Source of the DNA: Blastocatellia bacterium
Lineage (GTDB): Bacteria > Acidobacteriota > Blastocatellia > UBA7656
Direction: 5' to 3'
Assembly: GCA_963765495.1 (NCBI GenBank)
Contig: CAVXWP010000009.1
Span: 128,001 to 192,000, forward strand
DNA: 64,000 nt
The notes under the pieces were generated by a model. That model had not been told where the DNA came from. It worked only from the letters and a program-made list of their open reading frames with translations, and did no database searches. Position numbers and translations under genes: made by a program. Below are positions 32,377-42,169 of the stretch, piece after piece (positions within the stretch are counted from its first letter, which is position 1; every line of letters starts with the position of its first letter).

Positions 32377-32571
32377 TTAAAGAGGTCTTTTTTTGTGACC
32401 GAAAGAGTGATACCTGTGATAGCAATCGCAGCACCTGAAGGGCAGGATCGACACGAGCGACAACAAGAAATCCAGGAGGCCGCGTCTGCGCGAGCGATGT
32501 GAGTTCTTACTTCCGCACAATGAACAATGTCTGGATGCGGCAAGGCTCTTTGTGAATATAGTAATTTGCAT
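32377..32571 (-). CDS. Small zinc-ribbon protein
   Basis: CSLCGS...RSRRRG...PFRCCDCYHRY. Confidence 0.55.
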   Translation of the reverse strand: MQITIFTKSLAASRHCSLCGSKNSHRSRRRGLLDFLLSLVSILPFRCCDCYHRYHSFGHKKRPL

Positions 32572-32772
32572 CGGGTCAAGAACAGATAGAAAGAAATAGA
32601 GCGGAAGGACCACGTCGGTTTCCAAAAGGCGTATCTGGCATCCTTCCGCTCTTAGAAGCTCCCGGCTTCTTAACATTACGATCCAAGTTTACAGCGCCGG
32701 TCTTAAGTCATGTTTTCAAAGAGGTGAACAAAACCTTAAACCGATCCCGTAAACTCGATACTCCGGGAAGAC

Positions 32773-33630
32773 TTATCTAAAAATTCCGGCTATTTTGCTC
32801 CCTACTTTCTTAAAACCCCTTCCGATTTTCGACATGAATGAGCCGCTCTTTTCAGCCGCATCCTTTCCTTTTTCCATACCTTGCTTGCTGACGCTCACGG
32901 TCTTATCCGCAACATCTTCGGATTTGTCGGCTACTGCTTTTCCCACATCCTTTGTCGTATCCACGGTCTTATCGGCCACGTCTTCGGTCTTATCGCCTAC
33001 GGTTTCGCCGACATCTTTCGTAGTGTCTACAGACTTCTCGACGCCTTCCCTGGTGGCATCCTTCACATCCGATGCGACATCTTCGGTCTTATCGGCGGTG
33101 ATCTTCACGCCTTTGACGGCTACCTTGCCGGCTTCCTTCCCGGTGTCGACAGTCTTATCGGCTACGTCCTCGGATTTGTCGGCCACATCCGAGGCTACAT
33201 CCTTAGTCTTGTCCCATGTCTTATCGGCTGCATCTTCGGATTTGTCGGCCACTACTTCACCGGCATTCTTCGTAGCATCCCACGCCTTACCGGCAGATGT
33301 AGCGATTTTGTCGGCGGTCGCATCCATTGCCGATTCGATATCGCTTTCGTCTTCGAGGTTCGCTTCGCGACCGTCACGATATTCGACCTTGACCATTCGC
33401 GCGCCGTCGGGTTGAGTCGTTCGCGTCAAGCGAGCTATATCGCCCGTCTTAAAAGTCCTGATCTCTGTTTTGGTTCCATCTTCTGACGTAAACGTTTCAA
33501 TGGTCGAGCCGTCGCTCTTTACCTTTACATTTGTCTTCTGTTCCTGAATGCTCGCTTTGGATGTCAGAGCTGCGCCTGACACGCCGATAACGAGCGCGAT
33601 TGAAAGAATAAGTGTTGAAATCATTTTCAT
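32773..33630 (-). CDS. Secreted LEA/apolipophorin-like repeat protein
   Basis: Signal peptide; repeated VADKSEDVADKT units. Confidence 0.8.
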   Translation of the reverse strand: MKMISTLILSIALVIGVSGAALTSKASIQEQKTNVKVKSDGSTIETFTSEDGTKTEIRTFKTGDIARLTRTTQPDGARMVKVEYRDGREANLEDESDIESAMDATADKIATSAGKAWDATKNAGEVVADKSEDAADKTWDKTKDVASDVADKSEDVADKTVDTGKEAGKVAVKGVKITADKTEDVASDVKDATREGVEKSVDTTKDVGETVGDKTEDVADKTVDTTKDVGKAVADKSEDVADKTVSVSKQGMEKGKDAAEKSGSFMSKIGRGFKKVGSKIAGIFR

Positions 33631-33675
33631 AGTAAAACCTCTCCCTCTGATCCGAATACTCTCATTATTATTCGA

Positions 33676-33690
33676 GCAACGTTTGTGCCA
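33676..33690 (-). promoter_or_regulatory. sigma54 (RpoN) -24/-12 promoter
   Basis: TGGCACAAACGTTGC on the minus strand ~45 nt upstream of the LEA-like gene start. Confidence 0.75.
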
Positions 33691-33963
33691 GCAAGCAGGA
33701 GACAAACCACATCAATCAGTGGGCCGGATGCGAGCCGAATAGCGAGTTGAAGCCTCGTCAGAGGCAAAACCACGCTGAGTACAAAGTATGGAATCACAAC
33801 GGCGCGTATGAAACAAAGACAACCGCCAGTCAGCTCTGGCTCCAGAGCGAATGGCTCGGATATGAATATTCTTTTAGAATAACGATGTAGGTTTGATTGG
33901 CTGACAGAAGTCAATGCACCGGCGTTCCGGCTACACTATGCTAAGAGACCCTGAGACTTTATT

Positions 33964-34749
33964 GTGAATGATTGTTGGAAGATACTCGATATTGCTCCTA
34001 CCGATGACTTGAGCGCCATCAAGCGAGCTTATCGCGAAATGGTCAAGAGGTATCACCCCGACACGGTCATCACGCCGGAAGAAAAGCGCAAGTACACGAT
34101 CATCTGTGCCCGCATAAACGAAGCATACAGAGAGGCAACTCGCGAGGCAAAAATATCTGCGGGCGTGATTGATGAGGAACCGTTGGAGACGCCGGGGCTG
34201 AAACAGACCGAAGACGCCATCAGGCGTGGCGTCGAATGGTATCGAAACAGCGTTACCTTTCAGGTGGCCGTCTTCGCCTCGCTGTTTGTCTTTATCGCGT
34301 TTCAACTCTTTTCCTATCTGGCCGTGTCAAAGATTGCGCCGCTGCCGGAAACCAGCCTGATAAAGGCTTTTATCAGAATCGGATTGATTCTATTTGTGGC
34401 CGTGGTCATATACGGGATACTGGTGGCAGGCGTACTGGACCTCTTTCTTGTGTTTGTCTTTCCCAGAAATCTGGTATCGAGGCTGGGTCTGAGCAAGTAT
34501 GAAAACAAGCTGTTGTGGCTTTTCGTCCTGGCATCGAACCTGGCGTTTTTCTTCTTCACGAGCATAGTGCCCGCCCCCCATCCGAGCCGCTCTGCTTTTT
34601 CGATCTATGATGCGATATTTCGGGTCATCTGCGCTGGGACGCTTCCCGCCTTTTTCGCTATGAAGTGGATGAGCGATCTGGTGAAGTACAAGCGAGCCAG
34701 AAAAGATGTCGGGGATTTAATGGGAGAGATGGAAAGCCTGTCAGCGTGA
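33964..34749 (+). CDS. J-domain membrane protein
   Basis: IKRAYREMVKRYHPD...INEAY, followed by about four TM helices. Confidence 0.85.
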   Translation: MNDCWKILDIAPTDDLSAIKRAYREMVKRYHPDTVITPEEKRKYTIICARINEAYREATREAKISAGVIDEEPLETPGLKQTEDAIRRGVEWYRNSVTFQVAVFASLFVFIAFQLFSYLAVSKIAPLPETSLIKAFIRIGLILFVAVVIYGILVAGVLDLFLVFVFPRNLVSRLGLSKYENKLLWLFVLASNLAFFFFTSIVPAPHPSRSAFSIYDAIFRVICAGTLPAFFAMKWMSDLVKYKRARKDVGDLMGEMESLSA

Positions 34750-34756
34750 ACAGAAG

Positions 34757-34866
34757 GAGAAGGATGAAGGATGAAGGATGAAAAGACATATCTGGCGTAA
34801 TCACTTATAAATGCCGAACCACCTTAATCGAGATTTTGGAGATCATGTTTTCATCCTTCATCCTTC
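34757..34866. repeat. Inverted heptamer element (AGGATGA)n-core-(TCATCCT)n
   Basis: aaggatgaaggatgaaggatgaa ... ttcatccttcatccttc; core collinear with 48815-48952. Confidence 0.88.
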
Positions 34867-35265
34867 GATACGGTCGCGCATCATGTAGGCAGTAGGCAGC
34901 ACCTTATGCGGGCGGAAACCATGTGCTCGCTCAACCAGCCCGTCGCGCTCAAGGTCGGCTACTATCTCTACGGCCTGGCGGTAATTGATCTCGAGTTTCG
35001 TTTGCAGAACCAGGGTCGAGGCATAGCCCATGTTTGTGATTATCGTCAGCACCTTTTTATAAAGATCTTTGCTTACGGGCGACTGCTCGCTTCTTACGAT
35101 CTGTTCGAAGAAGTCCTGATTTACCTCTTCAAACTCGGAGGGAGATTCCTGTTTATCCTCTATCTCTGTTCCATTCGTAGAGAGGACTTCCAGCAGTTCC
35201 CTGAGTTCGAATCGTATAACCCGCAGCCCCTGTCGAAGTTTCTGATATTTTTCAAGATCAGTCAT
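34858..35265 (-). CDS. Stand-alone FtsK gamma-domain (winged helix) protein
   Basis: DLYKKVL..I...GYASTLVLQTKLEINYRQAVEIVADLERDGLV.....RPHKVL. Confidence 0.75.
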   Translation of the reverse strand: MTDLEKYQKLRQGLRVIRFELRELLEVLSTNGTEIEDKQESPSEFEEVNQDFFEQIVRSEQSPVSKDLYKKVLTIITNMGYASTLVLQTKLEINYRQAVEIVADLERDGLVERAHGFRPHKVLPTAYMMRDRIEG

Positions 35266-35525
35266 AACCCTTATCCTGTCCCGGCAATCCCGATAAAATG
35301 GCCTGAGGAAATTGTCTGAGAATCCGGCGTGCCAGACGCAATCAATTACTGACAATGTCAGCTTTGGCTTTCAGGGGGTATTTTTAAGAACCAGGGGACT
35401 GGTTGATTCCTGCTCTCAGGCTGCAACCGATGATAGCCGGATTCCTCATCTCAGTCAAGTTTGCAATCACGCTTGTCGCCAGGTCTGTGAGTTGTTAATT
35501 TATTGAAAAAGGAGGGAGTGGCTTT

Positions 35526-35807
35526 ATGGTTTGTCATAGCTGCGGTGGTGAAATCAAGATCGAGGGCTTCATATCGCGCAGTGACGAATGCTCTCATTGT
35601 AGCGCCGATATACATTGCTGTCTGAACTGCGTCCATTACGACACAACCGCGCACAACCGCTGCCGCGAGCCTCAATCCGAATGGGTATCGGACCGCGAAA
35701 AGGCGAACTTCTGCGACTTTTTCACGCCAAATAAACAGGCCGCAACCGGCACCTCTGCTACCAAACAGGATGCGCGCAAGTCCTTCGACGACCTGTTCAA
35801 AATTTGA
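35526..35807 (+). CDS. Small Cys-rich protein
   Basis: CHSCG, CSHC, CCLNCVHY, CRE, ANFCDFF; AAGGAGG RBS. Confidence 0.8.
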   Translation: MVCHSCGGEIKIEGFISRSDECSHCSADIHCCLNCVHYDTTAHNRCREPQSEWVSDREKANFCDFFTPNKQAATGTSATKQDARKSFDDLFKI

Positions 35808-35966
35808 GCAGTAGGCAGTAGGCAGTAGGCAGTAAGCAGTTATTTGTACTGGAGGCGGATACCAACTATTCACATCCGAATATTGCCTTGCCGAGTTCGC
35901 CCTTTTGACTTTGATCTTGATTATCAGCTTAACTGCCTACTGCCTACTGCCTACTGCTTACTGCTT
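35808..35966. repeat. Inverted heptamer element (AGGCAGT)n-core-(ACTGCCT)n
   Basis: gcagtaggcagtaggcagtaggcagtaagcagt ... actgcctactgcctactgcctactgcttactgc. Confidence 0.88.
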
Positions 35967-37764
35967 AAGCAGGCTGGATCGTATCGTCATCGCCCAGTGA
36001 GTACTGTATCGCGGCAAGCCGCCCCTGTGCGCGGGCGATGTCGCGCAGGGTGATGATGCCGAGCAGGCGTGTGTCGTCTACGCGGGAGACTACAGGGAGT
36101 TGTGATAACTCTCTCTGGGCGAGTTTCAATACCACCGTATCGAGGGTTTGATCCGGGTGCGAGTGAACAACCTTTTGAATCATGGTCGCAGAGATAAATT
36201 CATGCTCCCTTCCATCGGCCTCCAGCCTTCTGAGATCGCCCGTAGTTATCAGCCCAACCATATGCCCGTCTTTGAGCACCGGGTAGCCGTTGAAATCCAG
36301 CCGCCCGACCACGTCCAGGGCTTCGGCTACGGTTATATCATCGGGCAAGGTCACTACGTCGCGCGTCATCACGGAAGCCGCCGTGATTCGCGCAAGCGCA
36401 TCGGTCCTTGGTCCGTGTCCCAGATGTATGCCGTCTTGAAACAGAAAGGACTCGTATATCGAAAGCGTCATCAGCTTGGAGGCCACGGCATATGCAAGCG
36501 CGTTTGCGATCATCACCGGCAGAATGATCTCGTAGTTGTAGGTCATCTCGAATATCAAAAGGATAGAGGTGATCGGCACGCGAATCACAGCGGCAAATAC
36601 GGCCCCCATGCCTACGAGCGCAAATGCGCCCCGCGCAATCTCGGCGCTCGGTTCGAGGTAGAACAATACGTGCCAGGTAGCCGCGCCGAGCATTCCGCCT
36701 ATGAACATCGAGGGTCCGAGAACGCCTCCGCTCATCCCCGCGCCGTAGCTGAACGACGAGGCCAGAATCTTTGCAAGCATCAACGCCAGCACGCCTTTCA
36801 GCACAAGCTGGTCTTTGCCTTGAAGAACGGTTCCCAGGAAATCGTATCCGAGCCCGAGCGCCTGCGGCTGCCAGAGACCGATGATGCCGACAATCGCGCC
36901 CCCGGCGGCGGGCTTTGACCATCCCGGCAGGTGCAGGCGGTCGCGGAAGGTGCCTCGCAGCCACAAAACGAGTTTTGCAAACGCGACCCCTACGACTCCA
37001 GCCGTGATTCCAAGCGCGGCATAAGCGAGCAACTCCGACGGATGGTTTAGCGCGTAAATATTGGCCCCGATGAAAAGCGGGTGCGCCCCAAGCAGCCAGC
37101 GCTCGATTGTCGAAGAGATGACCGCCGCTATCACTATCGAGGCGGCGAGCTTTTGATTCAGATCCCCGATTATCTCTTCGAGCGCGAATGTGACGGCGGC
37201 TATCGGCGTGTTGAAGGCGGCGGCTATCGCGGCGGCGGCCCCGACCGGCAATTGATTCATCTGCTTGCGGCGCGGGATGGAAAACAACTTCGCTATCGAA
37301 TGAGAGATCGCCGCGCAGATTTGCACCGTAGGTCCTTCGCGCCCCAGGCTTGCTCCCGACCCTACGCACAGCGCCGAAATTATTGCCTTCCCTGCGGCCA
37401 CTCGCATTGGAATTCGACCGTAATCGAGAGAGTAAGCCACCTTAACCTGCGGAATGCCGCTGCCGCGCGCCTCGGGCACGAAGTAGTGGAGTATCAATCC
37501 GGCGGCAAGCCCGCCAAGTGTTGGAACAACCAGCATCCAGACTACGCGCGACGGACCTTGAAGCTCCATCACGCGGCCAATGAGGTTGGAGGTGATAAGG
37601 CGGATCAGAAAGTGATACAACACCGCCACGAGCCCGCAGGCAACGGCTATTGTGATCGTGAGGATGAAATATTTCTGGTTGGTCGGTAATCGCAGGCGAT
37701 GGAATAATCGCGTAGCAATAATTTCGACGCGGTGCCGCTTGCTTGTAAACGCTGCTTGCTCCAC
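35965..37764 (-). CDS. ClC chloride channel/antiporter with CBS domains
   Basis: GSGIP, GREGP, AFNTPIAA and GGVLGP motifs; C-terminal CBS pair. Confidence 0.93.
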   Translation of the reverse strand: MEQAAFTSKRHRVEIIATRLFHRLRLPTNQKYFILTITIAVACGLVAVLYHFLIRLITSNLIGRVMELQGPSRVVWMLVVPTLGGLAAGLILHYFVPEARGSGIPQVKVAYSLDYGRIPMRVAAGKAIISALCVGSGASLGREGPTVQICAAISHSIAKLFSIPRRKQMNQLPVGAAAAIAAAFNTPIAAVTFALEEIIGDLNQKLAASIVIAAVISSTIERWLLGAHPLFIGANIYALNHPSELLAYAALGITAGVVGVAFAKLVLWLRGTFRDRLHLPGWSKPAAGGAIVGIIGLWQPQALGLGYDFLGTVLQGKDQLVLKGVLALMLAKILASSFSYGAGMSGGVLGPSMFIGGMLGAATWHVLFYLEPSAEIARGAFALVGMGAVFAAVIRVPITSILLIFEMTYNYEIILPVMIANALAYAVASKLMTLSIYESFLFQDGIHLGHGPRTDALARITAASVMTRDVVTLPDDITVAEALDVVGRLDFNGYPVLKDGHMVGLITTGDLRRLEADGREHEFISATMIQKVVHSHPDQTLDTVVLKLAQRELSQLPVVSRVDDTRLLGIITLRDIARAQGRLAAIQYSLGDDDTIQPA

Positions 37765-37853
37765 TTTATTACAAGGTTACAGGTGACAGGGTTTCGCCGC
37801 GTCTCCGTGTCCCCTATGCAACCACGGTCGCGTTCCCGCTTCGCTATTCCCCC

Positions 37854-38690
37854 TCATTTGCGAGCCGGTGCCGAAGCGGCTTTCAACTCGTTCGTCACTT
37901 TCTTTACGCCCGGAGTGCCTTGAGCTACGCGCTCGGCCAAAAGCTTTTCGGCTATGGATCGGACTGTGCCGGAAAGAGTAACCGCGCCGTCATTTGCCGT
38001 GATAGTTGTCGTAGAGAGATCGAACGCGCCTGTTCTGAACAACTCGAATTCGACGCGTTTTGCCAGATCAGCGTTGGGGTCTGCGGGCGGTTCGGTTGCG
38101 CGCGGCGGCTCGGTCGCCGCCTGTGGATTTACGATAGAGAGATTATTAGTAACGCCTGAGACTCCATTGACGGAGCGCGCCAGTTGCTCTGCCCCGTTGT
38201 TTTGCGCCGGGGTCTGGACCGTGCCCGAAAGCGTGACCGTTCTGTCTTCAACCTTTACATCGATCTTCTGGCCCGCAAGTTCGGGGCTCTTAGCGATTGC
38301 TTCGAGTATATCGGCGCGAATTTCGAGGTCTTCCACGTGCACGCTTTCGGTTGTCGGTTGAGCGCCGGGATTGACTGCCAGCTGGTTGTTGACATCGTTT
38401 ACACCCGGAGTGTCGCGCGCTATCTCACCGGCAAAGGATTTTACATCTTCGGAAGGAACCTGCCCTGTCAGTGTGACTGTGCCGCCACTGGTTTCAACTC
38501 CTATGTCATAGCCCGAAACGCGCTTCGACAAACTGAGCGAGGCTCTCACCCTATCGGATGTCTTCTCATCTTCGGATGAGGAGGTAAATGACTTGACCCA
38601 GCCCGGCAGACTCCAGCCGTGAGTGTAAAAATAGTAGCCCGCGCCGCCCAACAACAGGAGCATGATCAAAAGAGGAACGATTCTCCGCAT
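37854..38690 (-). CDS. BON-domain protein (3 BON domains, OsmY-like)
   Basis: Three repeats of VTL.G.V....K..A..IA....GV..V.N.L. Confidence 0.92.
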   Translation of the reverse strand: MRRIVPLLIMLLLLGGAGYYFYTHGWSLPGWVKSFTSSSEDEKTSDRVRASLSLSKRVSGYDIGVETSGGTVTLTGQVPSEDVKSFAGEIARDTPGVNDVNNQLAVNPGAQPTTESVHVEDLEIRADILEAIAKSPELAGQKIDVKVEDRTVTLSGTVQTPAQNNGAEQLARSVNGVSGVTNNLSIVNPQAATEPPRATEPPADPNADLAKRVEFELFRTGAFDLSTTTITANDGAVTLSGTVRSIAEKLLAERVAQGTPGVKKVTNELKAASAPARK

Positions 38691-38821
38691 TAAGTTTGGC
38701 CTCCTGGTGAATGAAGGCGACCATCATACCATAACGATAGGGAGTAAGGTACAGACGGACGATATTATTAACGCCGATTTCTTTGACCAGACATATCCCG
38801 CCGAGTACAATCCAGGCGATC

Positions 38822-39886
38822 ATGAAATCACTATCAATCAGGATTATTTGCTCAATCTTTTTATCTGCTGTCGTCGTCTTCGCGGGCGCAGGTGACATCG
38901 GATGGAAGGCTCAGGACAGCAAGACTACATCCGAGTTTCGCGGCCTAAGCGTCGCGGGTTCCAACATTGTATGGGCAAGCGGAACCAGGGGCGTTTTTTC
39001 GCGGACTACGGATGGCGGCGCAAACTGGCATACGGCGGCGGTTGAGGGAGCCGAATCTCTTGACTTTCGCGATGTTCAGGCTGTTGACCAGAACACTGCT
39101 TACCTGCTCAGCATCGGGCCGCAATCGAGGATTTATAAGACTACGGATGGAGGCAGCAACTGGGCCTTGCAATATTCCAATGACAAAGAGGGTGTATTTT
39201 TCGACGCCTTTGCCTTCTGGGACGCGCAACACGGAGTAGCATTCAGCGACCCGGTGAGCAGCAGTTTTCTGATCATCACAACTTCTGACGGCGGCAAAAC
39301 ATGGAATGAGGTTCCCCGTAAAAATATACCGCCTCCACTCGAAGGCGAAGCGGCTTTCGCGGCGAGCGGCACCTGCATAGCGGTTCAGGGGAACGCAAAT
39401 GCGTGGATTGGAACCGGAGGCGGGCGGGTCTCGCGCGTGCTTCGTTCGACCGACCGGGGCCGCACCTGGGCCGCAGCCGAAACACCAATCAGCGCGGGCA
39501 GCCAGTCGTCGGGCATCTTCTCGATAGCATTCAGGGACGCCAAAAACGGAGTAGCTGTGGGCGGCGATTACAAGACCCCCGACGGCGCTGGCGATAACAT
39601 CGCCAGGACTACAGACGGCGGCAGGACGTGGACATTGATCAAAGGTGCTCGACCGGCAGGGTACAAATCCTGTGTCGCCTACGTTCCGGGAACGGGCAAG
39701 CCCGCGCTTGTAGCGGTGGGGCTTTCGGGCTCGGGCTATTCGATTGACGACGGCAAGACCTGGGTGAACATAGACGCAACCGGCTATAACAGCGTCAGCT
39801 TTGCCGCGCCCTCAGCCGGATGGGCAGCGGGCGCGGGCGGGCGCATAGCGGCACTCGCCGGAGCGATCTCGCCTTCCAAAAAATAG
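38822..39886 (+). CDS. Secreted BNR/Asp-box beta-propeller (Ycf48-like)
   Basis: Repeated T.DGG.TW Asp-boxes; AFAASGT. Confidence 0.88.
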   Translation: MKSLSIRIICSIFLSAVVVFAGAGDIGWKAQDSKTTSEFRGLSVAGSNIVWASGTRGVFSRTTDGGANWHTAAVEGAESLDFRDVQAVDQNTAYLLSIGPQSRIYKTTDGGSNWALQYSNDKEGVFFDAFAFWDAQHGVAFSDPVSSSFLIITTSDGGKTWNEVPRKNIPPPLEGEAAFAASGTCIAVQGNANAWIGTGGGRVSRVLRSTDRGRTWAAAETPISAGSQSSGIFSIAFRDAKNGVAVGGDYKTPDGAGDNIARTTDGGRTWTLIKGARPAGYKSCVAYVPGTGKPALVAVGLSGSGYSIDDGKTWVNIDATGYNSVSFAAPSAGWAAGAGGRIAALAGAISPSKK

Positions 39887-39931
39887 CTCTACTGGGAAGC
39901 AAATGAAACGGACATTCGTGAGTCAATGTAA

Positions 39932-40939
39932 TTACCGGGCGGAAGACTGCCGCTCGATTTCGATGAGCGGACACGGCACCCCTTCGCTTGTGGCAAGCAA
40001 AGCCTTCCCATCCGAGCTATAACAGATGGACTCACCCTGGCGGCGCTTGCCCAAATTGATCGGAGTGAGAGGCTGTTTCCATACTTCATCAAATCCCTTC
40101 CCGTCATCGTCGGGCAATGTGATTTCGTAGCCCCCGAGATAATCGCACAAGACTACTCTCCGTCCATCAGGTGCACAATCGCCGCCTGTAAACAGGCCGC
40201 CGAGAAAGGCCGGTGCGCTGACCTCTCCGACACGAACCAGAGTGTTTGGCTTTGAGGCTGATATTGGAGCGGCAAGTTTATAGATTCCTGCCGGAGCGCC
40301 CAAAATTTTAGTGACAATATACAGGTCTCCGGTCATCGGATGAACAAGCAGCGTTTCCGCGTCGTGACTGCCATCCGGGTATCTGAGACGAATCGCCTGT
40401 GCAGGCTCGGTGTTTTGAGGTCTGCTTTTCGTGGAGGCATCGTTTTCGACGATAGCAGGCTCGGCCACACGATAGACGACTATCTCAGCGCGGCTCTTGC
40501 CGTTATCGCCGATGTCCCCGATGTAGAGATAAGGGCGGCCCGGTTCAGGGCCGGGCCCCATGGCTATGTCTTCCCAATCGCGGGCCTTCGCGCCTGTCAC
40601 TCGCCAGACCCCGCGCCGTTTGCAATTGCGGTCCAGGCCGTAAAGGAACGGGCCGTCCCCGCTGTCGTTGTGAGTCCAAAACATACCGGGGTTGAGGCGA
40701 GAAGCAACTATCCCGCTGCTCTCATTTATGGTCTTGTCTTCGAGATCGCAGAGTAAAACCGGCTCCTTATAACTGGCGACCTGATTGGCGGAACCAGCCG
40801 GCTGCGCATCGGCGCGCTCCTGATTTGAAGCAACAGGTTTTAGCGTATTCTCAGACGGCGCGCTCGGTGTTTTTCCGCACGCCGCCAGAGTGATCAGGCA
40901 AAAGATGATTGATACTTTTACTGCTTGGTAGCTCATCAT
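39932..40939 (-). CDS. Lipoprotein, beta-propeller/phytase-like
   Basis: Lipobox LAAC; ESSG, WTHNDSGD, DWEDIA, IGDIGDN, DAE, QGE motifs. Confidence 0.8.
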   Translation of the reverse strand: MMSYQAVKVSIIFCLITLAACGKTPSAPSENTLKPVASNQERADAQPAGSANQVASYKEPVLLCDLEDKTINESSGIVASRLNPGMFWTHNDSGDGPFLYGLDRNCKRRGVWRVTGAKARDWEDIAMGPGPEPGRPYLYIGDIGDNGKSRAEIVVYRVAEPAIVENDASTKSRPQNTEPAQAIRLRYPDGSHDAETLLVHPMTGDLYIVTKILGAPAGIYKLAAPISASKPNTLVRVGEVSAPAFLGGLFTGGDCAPDGRRVVLCDYLGGYEITLPDDDGKGFDEVWKQPLTPINLGKRRQGESICYSSDGKALLATSEGVPCPLIEIERQSSAR

Positions 40940-41015
40940 GAAGGAAATAATAACAGGATGTTTGAAGGTGCGCTGTCTGACTTGCGGTGAGGAGATGAAA
41001 GGTTGATATGGAGTG

Positions 41016-41151
41016 AAAAAAGCCCGGCCACAAAAGCCGGTGTTGCCCCCGTAACCCCGACCCTTGTGGCCATATTTTTTGCTTTTTCTATTTAACAGTG
41101 ACCGGCATTGCCCCCTTAACCCCGGTCACTGTGCAGCCTTTTGAGCTACGC
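41016..41151 (-). ncRNA. Candidate sigma54-dependent small RNA with twin G-rich-loop hairpins
   Basis: Two stems with loops GGTTAAGGGGGCAATG and GGTTACGGGGGCAACA, 3' U6 tract, promoter directly upstream; 5' end estimated. Confidence 0.6.
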
Positions 41152-41162
41152 TTATAGAATAG

Positions 41163-41177
41163 GCAATGCTCGTGCCA
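41163..41177 (-). promoter_or_regulatory. sigma54 -24/-12 promoter
   Basis: TGGCACGAGCATTGC; IHF-like TTTCAACGACTTA at 41204-41216; palindromes at 41240-41253 and 41275-41289. Confidence 0.8.
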
Positions 41178-41298
41178 GCGGCTGCAACCCGGTTGGGTAA
41201 TTCTAAGTCGTTGAAAATACGAAATTGATCAAACCGGCCTACCCGAAAGGGTAACGGAAATTGGGATTTTGAGATGACAAAACTCGTCACCCGATAGC

Positions 41299-41401
41299 TG
41301 ATCCGTGATGCGTGAGATCAGAAATACCCCGTTAAAAGAAAACTCTATTTATTGTCACGCATCACGCATCACGCATCAACTATCACGGATCACGCATCAC
41401 G
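41299..41401. repeat. Inverted heptamer array (ATCACGC)n
   Basis: tgatccgtgatgcgtga ... tcacgcatcacgcatcacgcatcaactatcacggatcacgcatcacg. Confidence 0.8.
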
Positions 41402-41410
41402 CCCTAAAAT

Positions 41411-42169
41411 TTAACGCGCGCAGGTGAGCGCCCGCCCGCCGTCTATGCTTATAGTAGCGCCAGTTATCCAGCCTGCTTTTTCAGAGGCAAGAAAGTAAAT
41501 CAACTCGGCGATCTCAACGGCCTCGCCTGCGCGACCGAGCGGGTGTGTAGACTTGCTGTGTTCAAGAAAGGCTTGATAAGCCTGTTCATCCATCCCGCCT
41601 GAGCGATGAAGATTGCTTACGACTACCCCGGGATTGACGGCGTTTACGCGAACCCCTTTCGGAGCGAGTTCAAGCGCCGCACATCGCGTCAACTGATCGA
41701 GACCCGCTTTGCTGACGCAGTAAGCCAGCACTCCCGGAAAGGATCGCAACCCCGTAACGCTCGACACATTTACTATATTACCCTGTGAGCGCTCAAGCGC
41801 AGGCGCAGCCAGTTTCATCAGGTGAAATATCGACCGCAGATTGATATTCATCATCTCATCCCACAGCGCAAGCGACGTAGCTTCAAGACCCCCGCTCTTG
41901 AGAATGCCCGCGCTGTTTATAAGCACATCCAATCCGCCGAGCGTCTCGACCGACTGATTCAAAGCCTCCCGGGTCTGTTGTTCATCAGAAAGATCAGCAG
42001 CCACAACAACGGCATTGCCCTCGCCTGACGACTGCGCGGCAACTTCCGAAAGCGCGCTTTCTCGACGACCGAGGAGAGCTACCTGCGCCCCTGCCTGAAT
42101 GAAGAGTTGAGCCGAGGCGCGCCCTATCCCGCTAGACGCGCCTGTGATAATCACTTTTTTATCTTTCAT
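41411..42169 (-). CDS. SDR-family oxidoreductase
   Basis: TGASSGIG, NSAG, YCVSK and NAVNPG motifs. Confidence 0.95.
   Translation of the reverse strand: MKDKKVIITGASSGIGRASAQLFIQAGAQVALLGRRESALSEVAAQSSGEGNAVVVAADLSDEQQTREALNQSVETLGGLDVLINSAGILKSGGLEATSLALWDEMMNINLRSIFHLMKLAAPALERSQGNIVNVSSVTGLRSFPGVLAYCVSKAGLDQLTRCAALELAPKGVRVNAVNPGVVVSNLHRSGGMDEQAYQAFLEHSKSTHPLGRAGEAVEIAELIYFLASEKAGWITGATISIDGGRALTCAR

Noticed and set aside
31462-32502. Long alternative ORFs (e.g. 31462-32502, 36338-37369, 303-1154, 14710-15489, 3055-3846)
   Set aside because: Antisense or off-frame shadows of well-supported genes in GC-rich DNA, with no motifs.
32880-33260. Regularly spaced DNA repeats resembling a CRISPR array
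   Set aside because: They are degenerate in-frame coding repeats of the LEA-like protein; there are no unique spacers and no cas genes.
37765-37853. Fluoride riboswitch upstream of the ClC gene
   Set aside because: No recognisable crcB-motif consensus in the short leader.
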